A DNA stretch of 64,000 bases from a bacterium. Lineage in GTDB: Bacteria > Patescibacteriota > Patescibacteriia > 2-01-FULL-39-33. Under the pieces are notes generated by a model, which saw only the letters and a program-made list of their open reading frames with translations, made no database searches and was not told the origin of the DNA. Location of the stretch: assembly GCA_029558735.1 (NCBI GenBank), contig JAKQDP010000047.1:209-64208 (forward strand). Direction: 5' to 3'. How positions within the stretch are numbered: the first letter of the stretch is position 1; each line of letters opens with the position of its first letter. Positions 47,598 through 57,059 of this stretch are shown one piece after another. The translations under genes were made by a program, and so were the position numbers.

Positions 47598-48737
47598 TTA
47601 CAACTGGATTTGGCTTTGTCTTGGTTTTATGATATTAAATTGCTCGTGTTCTGCCTTTAAAAAAGCGACTAAATTCGGTAATTTACCGTCTATATTGGGT
47701 AATTCTGCCAGTGCCAAAGCTATCTCATTTTTAATCCTCGCTATGCTCCCACCTTTGTAGTTTTCTTTTATCATTTCCCATACAGATTTTATACCAAATT
47801 TGGTAGTCATACCCACCCAATAATACAGTTCAATTTGCTTTTTATGGCTTAAACCCGACTTATCCAAATAAACTAACAACTCATTATCTTTCATTTCCGA
47901 TAATCCCACCAATCCAATAGCAGTATTATCAAAAACACTATTGAAATTATCCAGTAAAATTTGCTTAGCTAAATTACTATTTAATACATCTTTAAGTATT
48001 AAATCTTTCTTCATTTTTCCCTCCAATCTCTTACCGACTACCGACTCTAAACTTCTTTTATTTTGAATAGCCAACTCAAATTTTACCGCACTTCTTTTTT
48101 GATTTTTATTAAACTGCTCTATCAGATTTTTTTCATAATCAGTATATCCTCGCTGTAAAAGCTCGCCAATTTTATCGTATATAACATAGCCCTGAGTGGT
48201 ATTCCAAAACTTTACCCCAACACCATTATCACCTCTATCAAAATATCTATTTAAGTTAAAATCAGAGCTGGGCTTATAGTTAAATTGAGATAACTTTATT
48301 ATTACCTGTGGGGCTTTACCAAGATAAGGCGGTAATATAATAATTTTAGAAAAATCCACCCTTTTTAATATTGCCCCCTCAATACTACTAATGTCTGTAT
48401 TTATGCCCGCCTCTTGTAAATAAGCCACTGTTGTCTTATTTATCTTGTTATAATCAGACTCATCTATCTCTAATAAACTTGTTCCATAAACCGCCTTTGG
48501 AAGTGAGATTTGGATTTCCAGTGTTTCCTTTTCTTCTTGATTGCCAGATTTTCTTATTGGTCTTTTTATATAAGGAAAGTATCTTCCATTTTTATGCTGG
48601 CTTTGTGAATACTCCCAACTGTCCGCCGTGCCAACAAAAAATCCCTTTCCGCCACTGCTTCGCTTACTATATAGCTTATGGCTATCTTGTATTTTATACT
48701 GCCCAGCTTTAAGCTCCCAAACAATACTATCAATCAT
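47598..48737 (-). CDS. Putative replication initiation protein (Rep_trans/gene II-like, rolling circle)
   Basis: MIDSI start, SLPKAVYG, RVDFS, IYDK, KFEL; ATG at 48737 overlaps the stop of the upstream small ORF. Confidence 0.65.
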   Translation of the reverse strand: MIDSIVWELKAGQYKIQDSHKLYSKRSSGGKGFFVGTADSWEYSQSQHKNGRYFPYIKRPIRKSGNQEEKETLEIQISLPKAVYGTSLLEIDESDYNKINKTTVAYLQEAGINTDISSIEGAILKRVDFSKIIILPPYLGKAPQVIIKLSQFNYKPSSDFNLNRYFDRGDNGVGVKFWNTTQGYVIYDKIGELLQRGYTDYEKNLIEQFNKNQKRSAVKFELAIQNKRSLESVVGKRLEGKMKKDLILKDVLNSNLAKQILLDNFNSVFDNTAIGLVGLSEMKDNELLVYLDKSGLSHKKQIELYYWVGMTTKFGIKSVWEMIKENYKGGSIARIKNEIALALAELPNIDGKLPNLVAFLKAEHEQFNIIKPRQSQIQL

Positions 48738-48889
48738 AACTTGCCCTCCTCCTCTAATCGCCATTTTATTTTTTGTAATGTGCTATAAAATCCCAACAAG
48801 TTATATCTCGCCTCAAACACCTCCTCCTCTTTTAAATCAAACGCCTCAACGAGTCCTTTTCGTTCAAGCTCATCTATTTTATTGTCCAT
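48734..48889 (-). CDS. Small protein, 51 aa (not in ORF track)
   Basis: MDNKIDELERKGLVEAFDLKEEEVFEARYNLLGFYSTLQKIKWRLEEEGKL; ATGA overlap with the Rep start. Confidence 0.65.
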   Translation of the reverse strand: MDNKIDELERKGLVEAFDLKEEEVFEARYNLLGFYSTLQKIKWRLEEEGKL

Positions 48890-49049
48890 AAACCATAAAA
48901 TCTCCGCAAATACGCAGAGACTTTATGAGACAATACCATTTATTGTCATTTGGACAATTTTATGATATAATAAACTTGCAGTTAGTTTACGCATAAATCT
49001 TGCGTGAATTTGCACAAAAACCCCTGTTTCCGCAGGCGGTTTTTGCTTT

Positions 49050-49688
49050 TTATATTGTTATTGTTATTCCACATTCTTTTAATCGGTAGCTGGCGGATTG
49101 CTCGGATACTTGAAATTCATCAGCCAAAACCGAAATACTTTTTACTTCCTTAAATTTTTTAATAAAATAATCCTGTGGCATTAAATACATAGCCGTTGCC
49201 TTATCTGTTGATTTTTCAAATAATTTTAAAACAACTTCTGGGGGCAATGTTGAATTGCACAACAATTCGTCAAAATAATTCTGAAATCCAACATCAAGCG
49301 ACTGAATAAAATGCATTGTCTCGTGTATCTTAGTAAATCTTTGTCTTTTGAGCGGAGTCGCTATATCATAAAATATTGTTATCTCACCAGTTTCCTCATC
49401 TAACTCCCAATAACCATCTCTTGTCTCTAAAAAACCATTAAAACCTTGATAACTTATTGTATAACCAGATAAATAATTAACGATTAAATCCGTGTCCATT
49501 GGCAAGGAAATGCCATTTGGGGCGGTTTTTATTATATCGTTAATCAATCTTTTACTATAAGCAACTAATTTATTTAACTCCTGATAATATATACCTTTGC
49601 AATCCGCTGGTATTCCGTCATTATAAGACTGCCTAAGCCAATACAGATTGTCTATTACATTAGAGCTCTTTCTTGATATACTTAGCAT
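49050..49688 (-). CDS. ImmA/IrrE family metallopeptidase (anti-repressor)
   Basis: RQRFTKIHETMH (HExxH), LMP, FQVS...YRL. Confidence 0.85.
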   Translation of the reverse strand: MLSISRKSSNVIDNLYWLRQSYNDGIPADCKGIYYQELNKLVAYSKRLINDIIKTAPNGISLPMDTDLIVNYLSGYTISYQGFNGFLETRDGYWELDEETGEITIFYDIATPLKRQRFTKIHETMHFIQSLDVGFQNYFDELLCNSTLPPEVVLKLFEKSTDKATAMYLMPQDYFIKKFKEVKSISVLADEFQVSEQSASYRLKECGITITI

Positions 49689-49989
49689 ATTTCAAAACAT
49701 TATTTATCTGTTCTGGCGTATAGCCGTTGCTCCTTAATGCCTGACTTATCATCTGAAAACTTGGCTTGGCTTTATTATCTAATATTCCAAGCTCCTCCAA
49801 AAAATCTTTTAAAGTCATATCAAAGGCGTCTGCCAGTTTCTTACAAGTCATCAAAGAAAGAGATTTGAAATCACCCTCCTTTAATTTAAAGATAAAAGCA
49901 GGGGAAAGTTCCGACCTTTCTGCTAAATCACTCCAAGAGAGATTTGATTGTTGCCTTAGTTTTTCAATTGTGTTTACTATGTTTTTCAT
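49660..49989 (-). CDS. XRE-family HTH repressor (ImmR-like)
   Basis: IEKLRQQSNLSWSDLAERSELS...KLADAFDM; start moved to the ATG at 49989. Confidence 0.85.
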   Translation of the reverse strand: MKNIVNTIEKLRQQSNLSWSDLAERSELSPAFIFKLKEGDFKSLSLMTCKKLADAFDMTLKDFLEELGILDNKAKPSFQMISQALRSNGYTPEQINNVLKYAKYIKKEL

Positions 49990-50173
49990 AGGTTTTTGTT
50001 TATATGGTAGATATATCACCCACCTACTATCCATTATATACCTTATTTTCACTTTTGTCAATAGTATTTTTCACGATAGTGAAATATTACCGCATAGCCA
50101 AAAAATAGTCAAGTTTTTTTAATTCAACGCCAAAACTACCGACTATCTCTACCCAGTTTAGAGTTCTAAAATC

Positions 50174-50230
50174 GTCCCGTAGCCCCCGCTTAAACAAAAT
50201 AGCCCGAATTTATTCCGGGCTATTTTGTTT
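50174..50230 (+). other. attR: displaced tRNA-Asp-like 3' end plus terminator
   Basis: GTCCCGT-AGCCCCC-G followed by AAACAAAATAGCCCG...CGGGCTATTTTGTTT. Confidence 0.8.
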
Positions 50231-50348
50231 ATAGATGATTAAAACAAAGGGACTTGAACTTGCCTGCTGGAAAGCAGGCGGGTGGCTGATTTTGCAAATA
50301 AAAAACGGTATACCAATTTATCAAAAATTGATATACCGTGTACTCATA

Positions 50349-51163
50349 CTAGTTCATCAGCCGATCCAGCGCCCAGCACCAATCCTTGACGCCGCCGGTG
50401 GTGAGTTGGGCATGCAATAATAGCGCCTTCTTGCCATTGATAATCATCGCCTCATTGGCATAATAATCAAAGGCAGCGCTAAAGGGATCTTGATGATGAT
50501 TAAGATCAGTCACCACCGCGGCATGAGCCCCGTGCTGGCAAGCTTCCAAAAGCAAGAACAGCCCATAGGGTATGTCCAGGCCGATATGCTTGGCGATCCC
50601 AGCTTCGCCCAGAGCGCCATCAGTGGCGACCGGCAAATGCAAATCAAGCAGGGCGTAAGCAAACTGACGCTCCCTTAACGCCAGCCGCGCCTGATCAAAC
50701 CCTTCGGCCACGACCAGATTGAAATTGCCCAGTTGATTCTTGGCCGCTTGCTGATTCTCTGGCTTGTCATCGACCACAAGGATCCAGGGCAGGCCCGGCT
50801 TTTCCGCTGAGACGGCCGATTCCACCACCGAAATCGCAACCTCAGTCTCTTCCTCCAGTTTGATTCCGGAAGAAATCCGCAACAATTCCACCAGACAATC
50901 ACTGATATCCACCTTAACAAAATTCGGCAAATCCGGCAGACTTGTTTCTGCCGGCTGGCCATAATCCAAAAGAACATACTGTTTGTCTTCGCGGTATTTT
51001 TCCGCTAATTTTTGACCTTATCAATAATAATCAAATCAGCTTCCTGAAAATCCGCCACCACTTCCGCTTCCGCCAACAAAACGGTCAGTACTGTCTGGAG
51101 TGCCACATTCACCGGCTGATTTGGTTTTTCGCCGCAATCAGTATAGATTCGCAATTTTCTCAT
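50349..51163 (-). pseudogene. Receiver-domain-like protein split by a frameshift in an A5 run
   Basis: AAGGAG RBS and ATG at 51163; one extra A near 51010 joins it in frame to 50349..50969 (ILVVDD, LLDLHLP receiver motifs). Confidence 0.65.
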
Positions 51164-51325
51164 TTTAAAGAGCTCCTTTTGTTGTTTAACCAATCTTCTA
51201 AATAAAAACCATAGCAAAAAACAATTATTTTGTCAATAATTTTATCCAAATAAAAAACCGCCCCAAAGCTTAATTCGCTCTGGGGCGTCAGTCAATATTT
51301 TGGGCAATTAGTCCCGAAGTGCCGG

Positions 51326-52177
51326 CTAAGCGACGGCTTCTTTAGAAGAGACGCTGTCAGTAATGTTAAGTGCCGACTGAATCATCTTGACGCCCTGTTC
51401 AAACAAGGCGCTGTCAATAAACGGCTGGTCATCATCAACCAATTCTTCCTGACGTCTGACCACCAAATCATCAGCGACCGTTTTCGGCCGAAGCGCCAAG
51501 TCCTTGATTAACTGACAGACATTTTTGGAACCGATAATCGTCTCGATCTCCTGTTCAATCGATTCTACTGCCTGCTCCTGCCGAGCCAATTCAGCCAGTC
51601 GGCTGATTAGTTCAGCCAGGCGCTGGTCGATGAACTGGCGATAATCAATGCCGCTACCCGACATCATCACTGCCAAGGCAACATGGATATCGCCAACATT
51701 AAGCCGCTTCTCCACTTCTTCCGGATTCTCCGAGCCTCGCAGCAGTAAATTGTGCTTGCGAAAAGCGCGATCAGCAATAACCGCCGCCGCATGAACTCGG
51801 CCACTAAACCGCTCCTTCAATTGAGCAACCTGATAAATGCTGGCATCCGCCACCAATAGATCCGCATCGGCCACATCAAAGGCATTGGCGGTGTAGCCGT
51901 AGCGACTGCCATTGCTCTCCAATACATAATGGGCAAAAATATCGCCACTAGCCAACCCTTGATCAAATTCCTCGGGGCTGATGCATTTCTTGGTGACTTC
52001 CACCACCCCTGGCCGACCGGGTCGGTCAGTGGTCTTGACCACGATTTTCACATTCAGATTGTCACGGCCAAGGCGCCGGCACACTTCGCGAAGCGCCTGC
52101 TCCTCCAAAATTTTGTCCAAGAGATAATCTCGGCCGGTGGCCGAAGCGCCGGGAATCAGAAGAATTGGTTTTTCCAT
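51326..52177 (-). CDS. Guanylate kinase-like P-loop protein with C-terminal extension
   Basis: GASATGRD, TTDRPGRPG, ISPEEF, GSRYG, RGSE. Confidence 0.7.
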   Translation of the reverse strand: MEKPILLIPGASATGRDYLLDKILEEQALREVCRRLGRDNLNVKIVVKTTDRPGRPGVVEVTKKCISPEEFDQGLASGDIFAHYVLESNGSRYGYTANAFDVADADLLVADASIYQVAQLKERFSGRVHAAAVIADRAFRKHNLLLRGSENPEEVEKRLNVGDIHVALAVMMSGSGIDYRQFIDQRLAELISRLAELARQEQAVESIEQEIETIIGSKNVCQLIKDLALRPKTVADDLVVRRQEELVDDDQPFIDSALFEQGVKMIQSALNITDSVSSKEAVA

Positions 52178-52327
52178 GATACTTGTTCCTTATTGTTTAT
52201 TCCGCCACCCACCTTGATTGGCAGATTAAATGATTGTAACAAAATAATTACTGAAGGTCAACCAAATAACTTGTTAATTTTAAAAGCCGCGAAAAAATAA
52301 CTTCTCGCGGCTAAGTCACCTTGCTCC

Positions 52328-52639
52328 TTAATCTATTGGCAGATCATTATTATCAGCCAATTTAACAACCAACAGATCAGTCAGCAACTCCAAAACGGCC
52401 CAAACCTGTTCCGCCACTGGAGTGGCCGTGATCGGCTTACCGGTTTTTTTGTCGGTAATCCAAATGGCCTGTCGACTGTTTTTATGAAAAATATTCTTGG
52501 CCGAACCCACCGCCTCAAATCCATTCTGATTAATCAAAAACAGCCAGGCGATGTCATAGGTAACCGGCCCAATCAATTGATTAAACACCTCTCGACCGCC
52601 AGTCTCCCCCCACATTCGAATCATATAAAAGTCGCTCAT
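52328..52639 (-). CDS. Hypothetical protein
   Basis: AGGAG RBS before the ATG at 52639. Confidence 0.55.
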   Translation of the reverse strand: MSDFYMIRMWGETGGREVFNQLIGPVTYDIAWLFLINQNGFEAVGSAKNIFHKNSRQAIWITDKKTGKPITATPVAEQVWAVLELLTDLLVVKLADNNDLPID

Positions 52640-52852
52640 TTTTCTCCTCCTATCGGCCCCATTGCCGATATCATAATTTAACAGATAAAAGGTCACCGGT
52701 CAATCCTTCCCGTCGCCTCTGCAAAAAATCGCTTTTTTTGTTATAATCAAGAAAGCCCAAACCAAGCAATGCCAGCCGACCAAAACCGCCTTAAATATTA
52801 ATTAGCGAATTGGCGGCTCTCAGTCAAAACCTAACAACTTAAATAATTAGCT

Positions 52853-53695
52853 ATGAAAAAAAATTATCTCTGGCTGGGACCAATCATAGTTTTAGCCCTC
52901 GCGCTCGCAATTATTATTTTCCTGCGTCTTACCTCACCCGAAGATACTTGGCTGTGCCAAGACGGCCAATGGGTCAAGCACGGCCAACCGACCGAAGCAG
53001 CACCGGCAACCGGCTGCGGTGATATCGCCGATCGCGACCTGACTAATGACGACTCAGCTGAACGCTGTCTTAACGGCGGCGGCGACTGGCTGGCTGATTA
53101 CCAGGAATGCGAAAATATTTCCCGAGATTTATGCGAAGAATTGGACGGCCGCTTTAATGATTGCGCCTCGGCCTGCCGCCACAACCCCGAAGCTGAATTC
53201 TGCACTATGCAATGCGTAGCGATTTGCCAGCTTAGCTCCACCAACACAAATATTAATAGCTTCGCTGCTTGCGTCCAGGCCGGTAATCCGGTTCAAGAAA
53301 GTTACCCGCGTCAATGCCAGGCCGGCAACCAGACTTTTATCGAGAATATTGGCAATGAATTGGATAAATCAGATCTTATCCGGTTGGACTCGCCCCGTCC
53401 CAACCAAATGATCAATAGCCCGCTTACCATCACCGGTCAAGCGCGCGGGTCATGGTTTTTTGAAGCGTCATTCCCAGTCATTCTGACCGACTGGGATGGT
53501 AAAATCATCGCTCAAACCATAGCCACCGCCCAAGGCGACTGGATGACTGAAGATTTTGTCCCTTTTAGCGCCACTGTGGAATTTGACCGGCCGGCTGCTG
53601 GTCAAAACGGCAGTCTAATTCTCCAAAAAGACAATCCCTCCGGCCTGTCCGAATATGACGACGCCCTGGAAGTCCCGGTCTTATTTGCGGAATAA
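52853..53695 (+). CDS. Membrane-anchored protein with Cys-rich modules and a Gmad2 Ig-like domain
   Basis: TM helix, WLCQDGQWVKHG, INSFAACVQAGNPVQESYPRQC, GQARGSWFFEASFPV, KDNPSG. Confidence 0.85.
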   Translation: MKKNYLWLGPIIVLALALAIIIFLRLTSPEDTWLCQDGQWVKHGQPTEAAPATGCGDIADRDLTNDDSAERCLNGGGDWLADYQECENISRDLCEELDGRFNDCASACRHNPEAEFCTMQCVAICQLSSTNTNINSFAACVQAGNPVQESYPRQCQAGNQTFIENIGNELDKSDLIRLDSPRPNQMINSPLTITGQARGSWFFEASFPVILTDWDGKIIAQTIATAQGDWMTEDFVPFSATVEFDRPAAGQNGSLILQKDNPSGLSEYDDALEVPVLFAE

Positions 53696-53786
53696 AAATA
53701 ATCCGCTTGAAAATAAATAAAAAACCGCGGCAACAAAAAAATAAAAAAGGCTCGACCGCTGTCGAGCCCAAACGATAATGAGAATA

Positions 53787-53996
53787 CTAGTTGCCCCGAT
53801 AGGTGGGGCGATGACCAGAGCGCCTTCTGGTTATTCCCGGAGAACTTTCCTCATCCCCTTCGTCCACTGCCATCGGCCGACCAATTTCTTCGACGCCACG
53901 ACGCCGCAACGCTCGACAGAATTTGAAGGCCGAATCTTTGTCCGCCAAATGCTTGACCCGCTGTTCTCCGTTCTCACAGAAGGGTACTGCTACCAT
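53787..53996 (-). CDS. Small hypothetical protein, 69 aa
   Basis: AAGGAG-like RBS, TTGACT-17-TAGACT promoter near 54129-54157, terminator hairpin at 53743-53769. Confidence 0.5.
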   Translation of the reverse strand: MVAVPFCENGEQRVKHLADKDSAFKFCRALRRRGVEEIGRPMAVDEGDEESSPGITRRRSGHRPTYRGN

Positions 53997-54212
53997 AGTC
54001 CCTGCTCCTTCGCTTGTTTTTTCCCACCAACCTCTTAATCTTCCCAGTTGATCGGAATTCCAAACGGCGGAGCGCGTTCCCCTAATGGTTTCAATGAACC
54101 TCCTCCCTAAGTACAACACCTAAAAATAAGTCTAACACAAAAACCGTCAAAAGTCAAAAAAACCGTCCCGAATACTCGGGCCGGGTTTTTAACTTTATAG
54201 ACTTTTGACTTA

Positions 54213-56603
54213 TTATTTATATTTTCTCCTTCCCTTCACCTTCTTCTCCTGAGTCAAAACCGCCAAAGTGGTTTTAACCACCGTATCAGGCACAAGAGAC
54301 ATGCTGTCTATACCCTCGCGCACCAAAAACTGGGCAAAATCAGGAAAGTCCGACGGCGCTTGACCACAAATGCCGATTTTGCGTTTTTTCTTTTTGGCCA
54401 CCTTGATGACTTGGGCGATTAAATTTTTGACCGCCTGATTTTTTTCATTATAAATATGAGCGACCAATTCCGAATCCCTGTCCACCCCCAACGCCAACTG
54501 GGTCAGATCGTTAGAGCCGATGGAAAAGCCGTCAAAAATTTCAGCAAACTGCTCGGCCAGAATGACATTGGCTGGAATTTCGCACATCACATACACTTCC
54601 AACCCCTCTTTGCCCCGTTTCAAGCCATGTTGTTCCATTATTTTTATCACTCGCTTGCCTTCTTCAATAGTTCGGCAAAAGGGAATCATAATTTTAATAT
54701 TCTTCAAGCCGAATTCCTCGCGCGCCTTTTTGAGCGCCTGGCACTCCAATTCAAACGCCGCTTTGTATTTATCGGCATAATAACGCGAAGCACCGCGCCA
54801 GCCGATCATCGGATTGGGCTCTAATGGCTCAAACTCATCGCCGCCGATCAAATTAGCGTATTCATTAGACTTAAAATCAGACAAGCGAATAATAACCTCC
54901 TTGGGATAAAAAGCGGCGGCAATCATGCCCACCCCCTCAGCCAATTTATCAACGAAAAAATCCGGCTTATTCTGGTGATTAACTGTCAGCCATTCTATTT
55001 TTCTCTTGGTTGTCGCTTTCTTGATTTTGGCAAAATTAATCAATGATAATGGATGGACTTGGATATAATTGGAAATAATAAATTCTTCGCGAGCCAGCCC
55101 CACGCCGTCATTAGGAATAAAAGTAAAGGACAAGGCGGCATAGGGATTGCCAACATTCATCATAATCTTAGTTTTCGGTCGGGGCAATTTTTTCAGATTG
55201 GTTTTCTTGATGCTGTATTTTAATAGCCCGCCATACACTTTGCCGATTTCACCTTCGGCGCAAGACACCGTCAGCTCTTTGCCGTTTTTTAGTTCCTTAC
55301 TGGCCCGACCGGTGCCGACCACGCAAGGTACGCCCAGTTCGCGTGACACTATGGCGGCATGACACGTTCTCCCTCCGCTGTCGGTAATAATGGCCGCCGC
55401 TTTTTTCATCACCGGCTCCCAATCCGGATCAGTCATTGGCGCCACCAATACCTCACCCTCTTTAAAAGTCTTGAGCTGATTGACATTTTTGATTACTCGC
55501 GCCTTGCCTTGGCCGATTTTCATCCCGACACTATCGCCAACAAACAACACCTTGCCGCCGGCAGCAATTTTGTACTCCTCCAGTACATTCAGATTTCTCT
55601 GCGAGCCGACTGTCTCCGGCCGCGCCTGAACAATGAACAATTTGTTTGTTCGGCCATCTTTAGCCCATTCAATATCCATCGGCCGTTTATAATGCTTTTC
55701 AATAATCATCGCCCACTTGGCCAATTGGAGTATTTCTTTATCGGACAGAGCATACCGACGCCGCAATTTTTTATCCACCAGCACCGATTTGGTCGGCTCC
55801 CCGGCCTTGTTGTTGTAAATTAGCTTCTTAATTTTGTCCCCGGCTTGACGAGAAATAATCGGCCGGTAACCGGTGGCCAAAGTTTTTTTGAAAACATAAT
55901 ATTCATCCGGGTTGACTACTCCCTTGACCACATATTCGCCTAGACCATAAGCGGCGTTAATCAGTATCACATTGTCATTGCCGCTTTCCGTATCAATAGT
56001 AAACATCACCCCCGAAGTGGCCAAATCCGACCGAATCATTTTTTGGACGCAAACCGACAGATAAACTTTCTTATGATTGAACCCCTGATCCATCCGATAC
56101 GATATCGCCCGATCAGTAAACAGCGAAGCAAAACATTTCTTAACCGCCGCTAACAGCTCCTCTCCCCCGACAACATTAAGATAAGATTCCTGTTGGCCGG
56201 CAAATGAAGCGTTGGGCAAATCCTCAGCCGTCGCCGAAGATCGCACCGCCACGTCAGTATTTTGGGTTTTATAATTGACAGATAATTTCTTATAGGCAGT
56301 GATAATCTGTTCTTGAAGATCGTCTGGCAACTCAGCCGCTAAAATAAGCTGGCGAATTTTGGAGCCGCGGTCACTCAAGTTATCCTTATTAATCCCCTTT
56401 AGTAAAGCAAAAATCGCCGGCCGAATTTTTGCCCGGTCCAAAAAATAATTGTAAGCGCCGGCGGTAATGGCAAAGCCATTGGGCAAGGCTACGCCCTTAA
56501 TCGTCAACCGGCGATACATTTCGCCCAAAGAAGCGTTCTTGCCGCCGACCCTAGGGACATCCTGAATGCCAATTTCTTTGAACCAAAGAATATTTTTGGA
56601 CAT
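54213..56603 (-). CDS. ppsA: Phosphoenolpyruvate synthase
   Basis: VGGKNASLGEM, VAVRSSATAED, GGRTCHAAI, IGSNDLTQ. Confidence 0.97.
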   Translation of the reverse strand: MSKNILWFKEIGIQDVPRVGGKNASLGEMYRRLTIKGVALPNGFAITAGAYNYFLDRAKIRPAIFALLKGINKDNLSDRGSKIRQLILAAELPDDLQEQIITAYKKLSVNYKTQNTDVAVRSSATAEDLPNASFAGQQESYLNVVGGEELLAAVKKCFASLFTDRAISYRMDQGFNHKKVYLSVCVQKMIRSDLATSGVMFTIDTESGNDNVILINAAYGLGEYVVKGVVNPDEYYVFKKTLATGYRPIISRQAGDKIKKLIYNNKAGEPTKSVLVDKKLRRRYALSDKEILQLAKWAMIIEKHYKRPMDIEWAKDGRTNKLFIVQARPETVGSQRNLNVLEEYKIAAGGKVLFVGDSVGMKIGQGKARVIKNVNQLKTFKEGEVLVAPMTDPDWEPVMKKAAAIITDSGGRTCHAAIVSRELGVPCVVGTGRASKELKNGKELTVSCAEGEIGKVYGGLLKYSIKKTNLKKLPRPKTKIMMNVGNPYAALSFTFIPNDGVGLAREEFIISNYIQVHPLSLINFAKIKKATTKRKIEWLTVNHQNKPDFFVDKLAEGVGMIAAAFYPKEVIIRLSDFKSNEYANLIGGDEFEPLEPNPMIGWRGASRYYADKYKAAFELECQALKKAREEFGLKNIKIMIPFCRTIEEGKRVIKIMEQHGLKRGKEGLEVYVMCEIPANVILAEQFAEIFDGFSIGSNDLTQLALGVDRDSELVAHIYNEKNQAVKNLIAQVIKVAKKKKRKIGICGQAPSDFPDFAQFLVREGIDSMSLVPDTVVKTTLAVLTQEKKVKGRRKYK

Positions 56604-56654
56604 ATTTTTGATGATTAGCTTTTTGGTTATTTAGCTGCTTAGCTTATTAGAGAA

Positions 56655-57017
56655 TTACAAAGTGTTAATTATTTTATTTAACAACCTCATTACCTCATTT
56701 AATAAATCGTCAACAATTTTAAAATCCAAATCAACACTAAACTGCAAACGCCTGATAATTTCAATCTGTGTTTCCAGCTCTGCTCCGGATGAATAAGCGA
56801 TAAATAAAAAATGACGAAATTCGTTTTTACCGCATCTTCTCCTACCTTCGGCTATATTGGAAGGAATCGATACAGCCGAGCGCCGCATTTGAGAAGTCAA
56901 GTTATAAGTTTCCGATGAAGGAAATTTTTCGGTTATATTATAAATAGCAATCACTAAGTCCATGGCTTTCTGCCAAACAATCAAATCTTTGTAGCTATTA
57001 ATCATATTCCTATACAA
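56655..57017 (-). CDS. Four helix bundle protein (23S rRNA IVS protein/bAvd-like)
   Basis: SYKDLIVWQKA, FP..E.Y.LTSQMRRSAVSIPSNIAEG. Confidence 0.92.
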   Translation of the reverse strand: MYRNMINSYKDLIVWQKAMDLVIAIYNITEKFPSSETYNLTSQMRRSAVSIPSNIAEGRRRCGKNEFRHFLFIAYSSGAELETQIEIIRRLQFSVDLDFKIVDDLLNEVMRLLNKIINTL

Positions 57018-57059
57018 ACAAACTAAGTAGCTAACAAACTAAGTAGCTAACAAGCTAAC
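57018..57059. repeat. 16-bp tandem repeat (two copies plus a partial)
   Basis: ACAAACTAAGTAGCTA x2, then ACAAGCTAAC. Confidence 0.8.

Larger units (their letters stand above)
41590..50180. mobile_element. Integrative element in tRNA-Asp (large serine recombinase, R-M, Rep, ImmA/ImmR)
   Basis: Core GTCCCGT at 41590-41596 and 50174-50180; displaced tRNA-like 3' end plus terminator at the right end; visibly AT-richer than the flanks; all genes on the minus strand. Confidence 0.88.

Noticed and set aside
50068-50085. TTTCAC-GATA-GTGAAA as a parS site
   Set aside because: It does not match TGTTTCACGTGAAACA. It lies upstream of the XRE gene and is more likely an operator.
56655-57017. Diversity-generating retroelement suggested by the Avd-like gene
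   Set aside because: No reverse transcriptase or TR/VR repeat pair is visible in the window.
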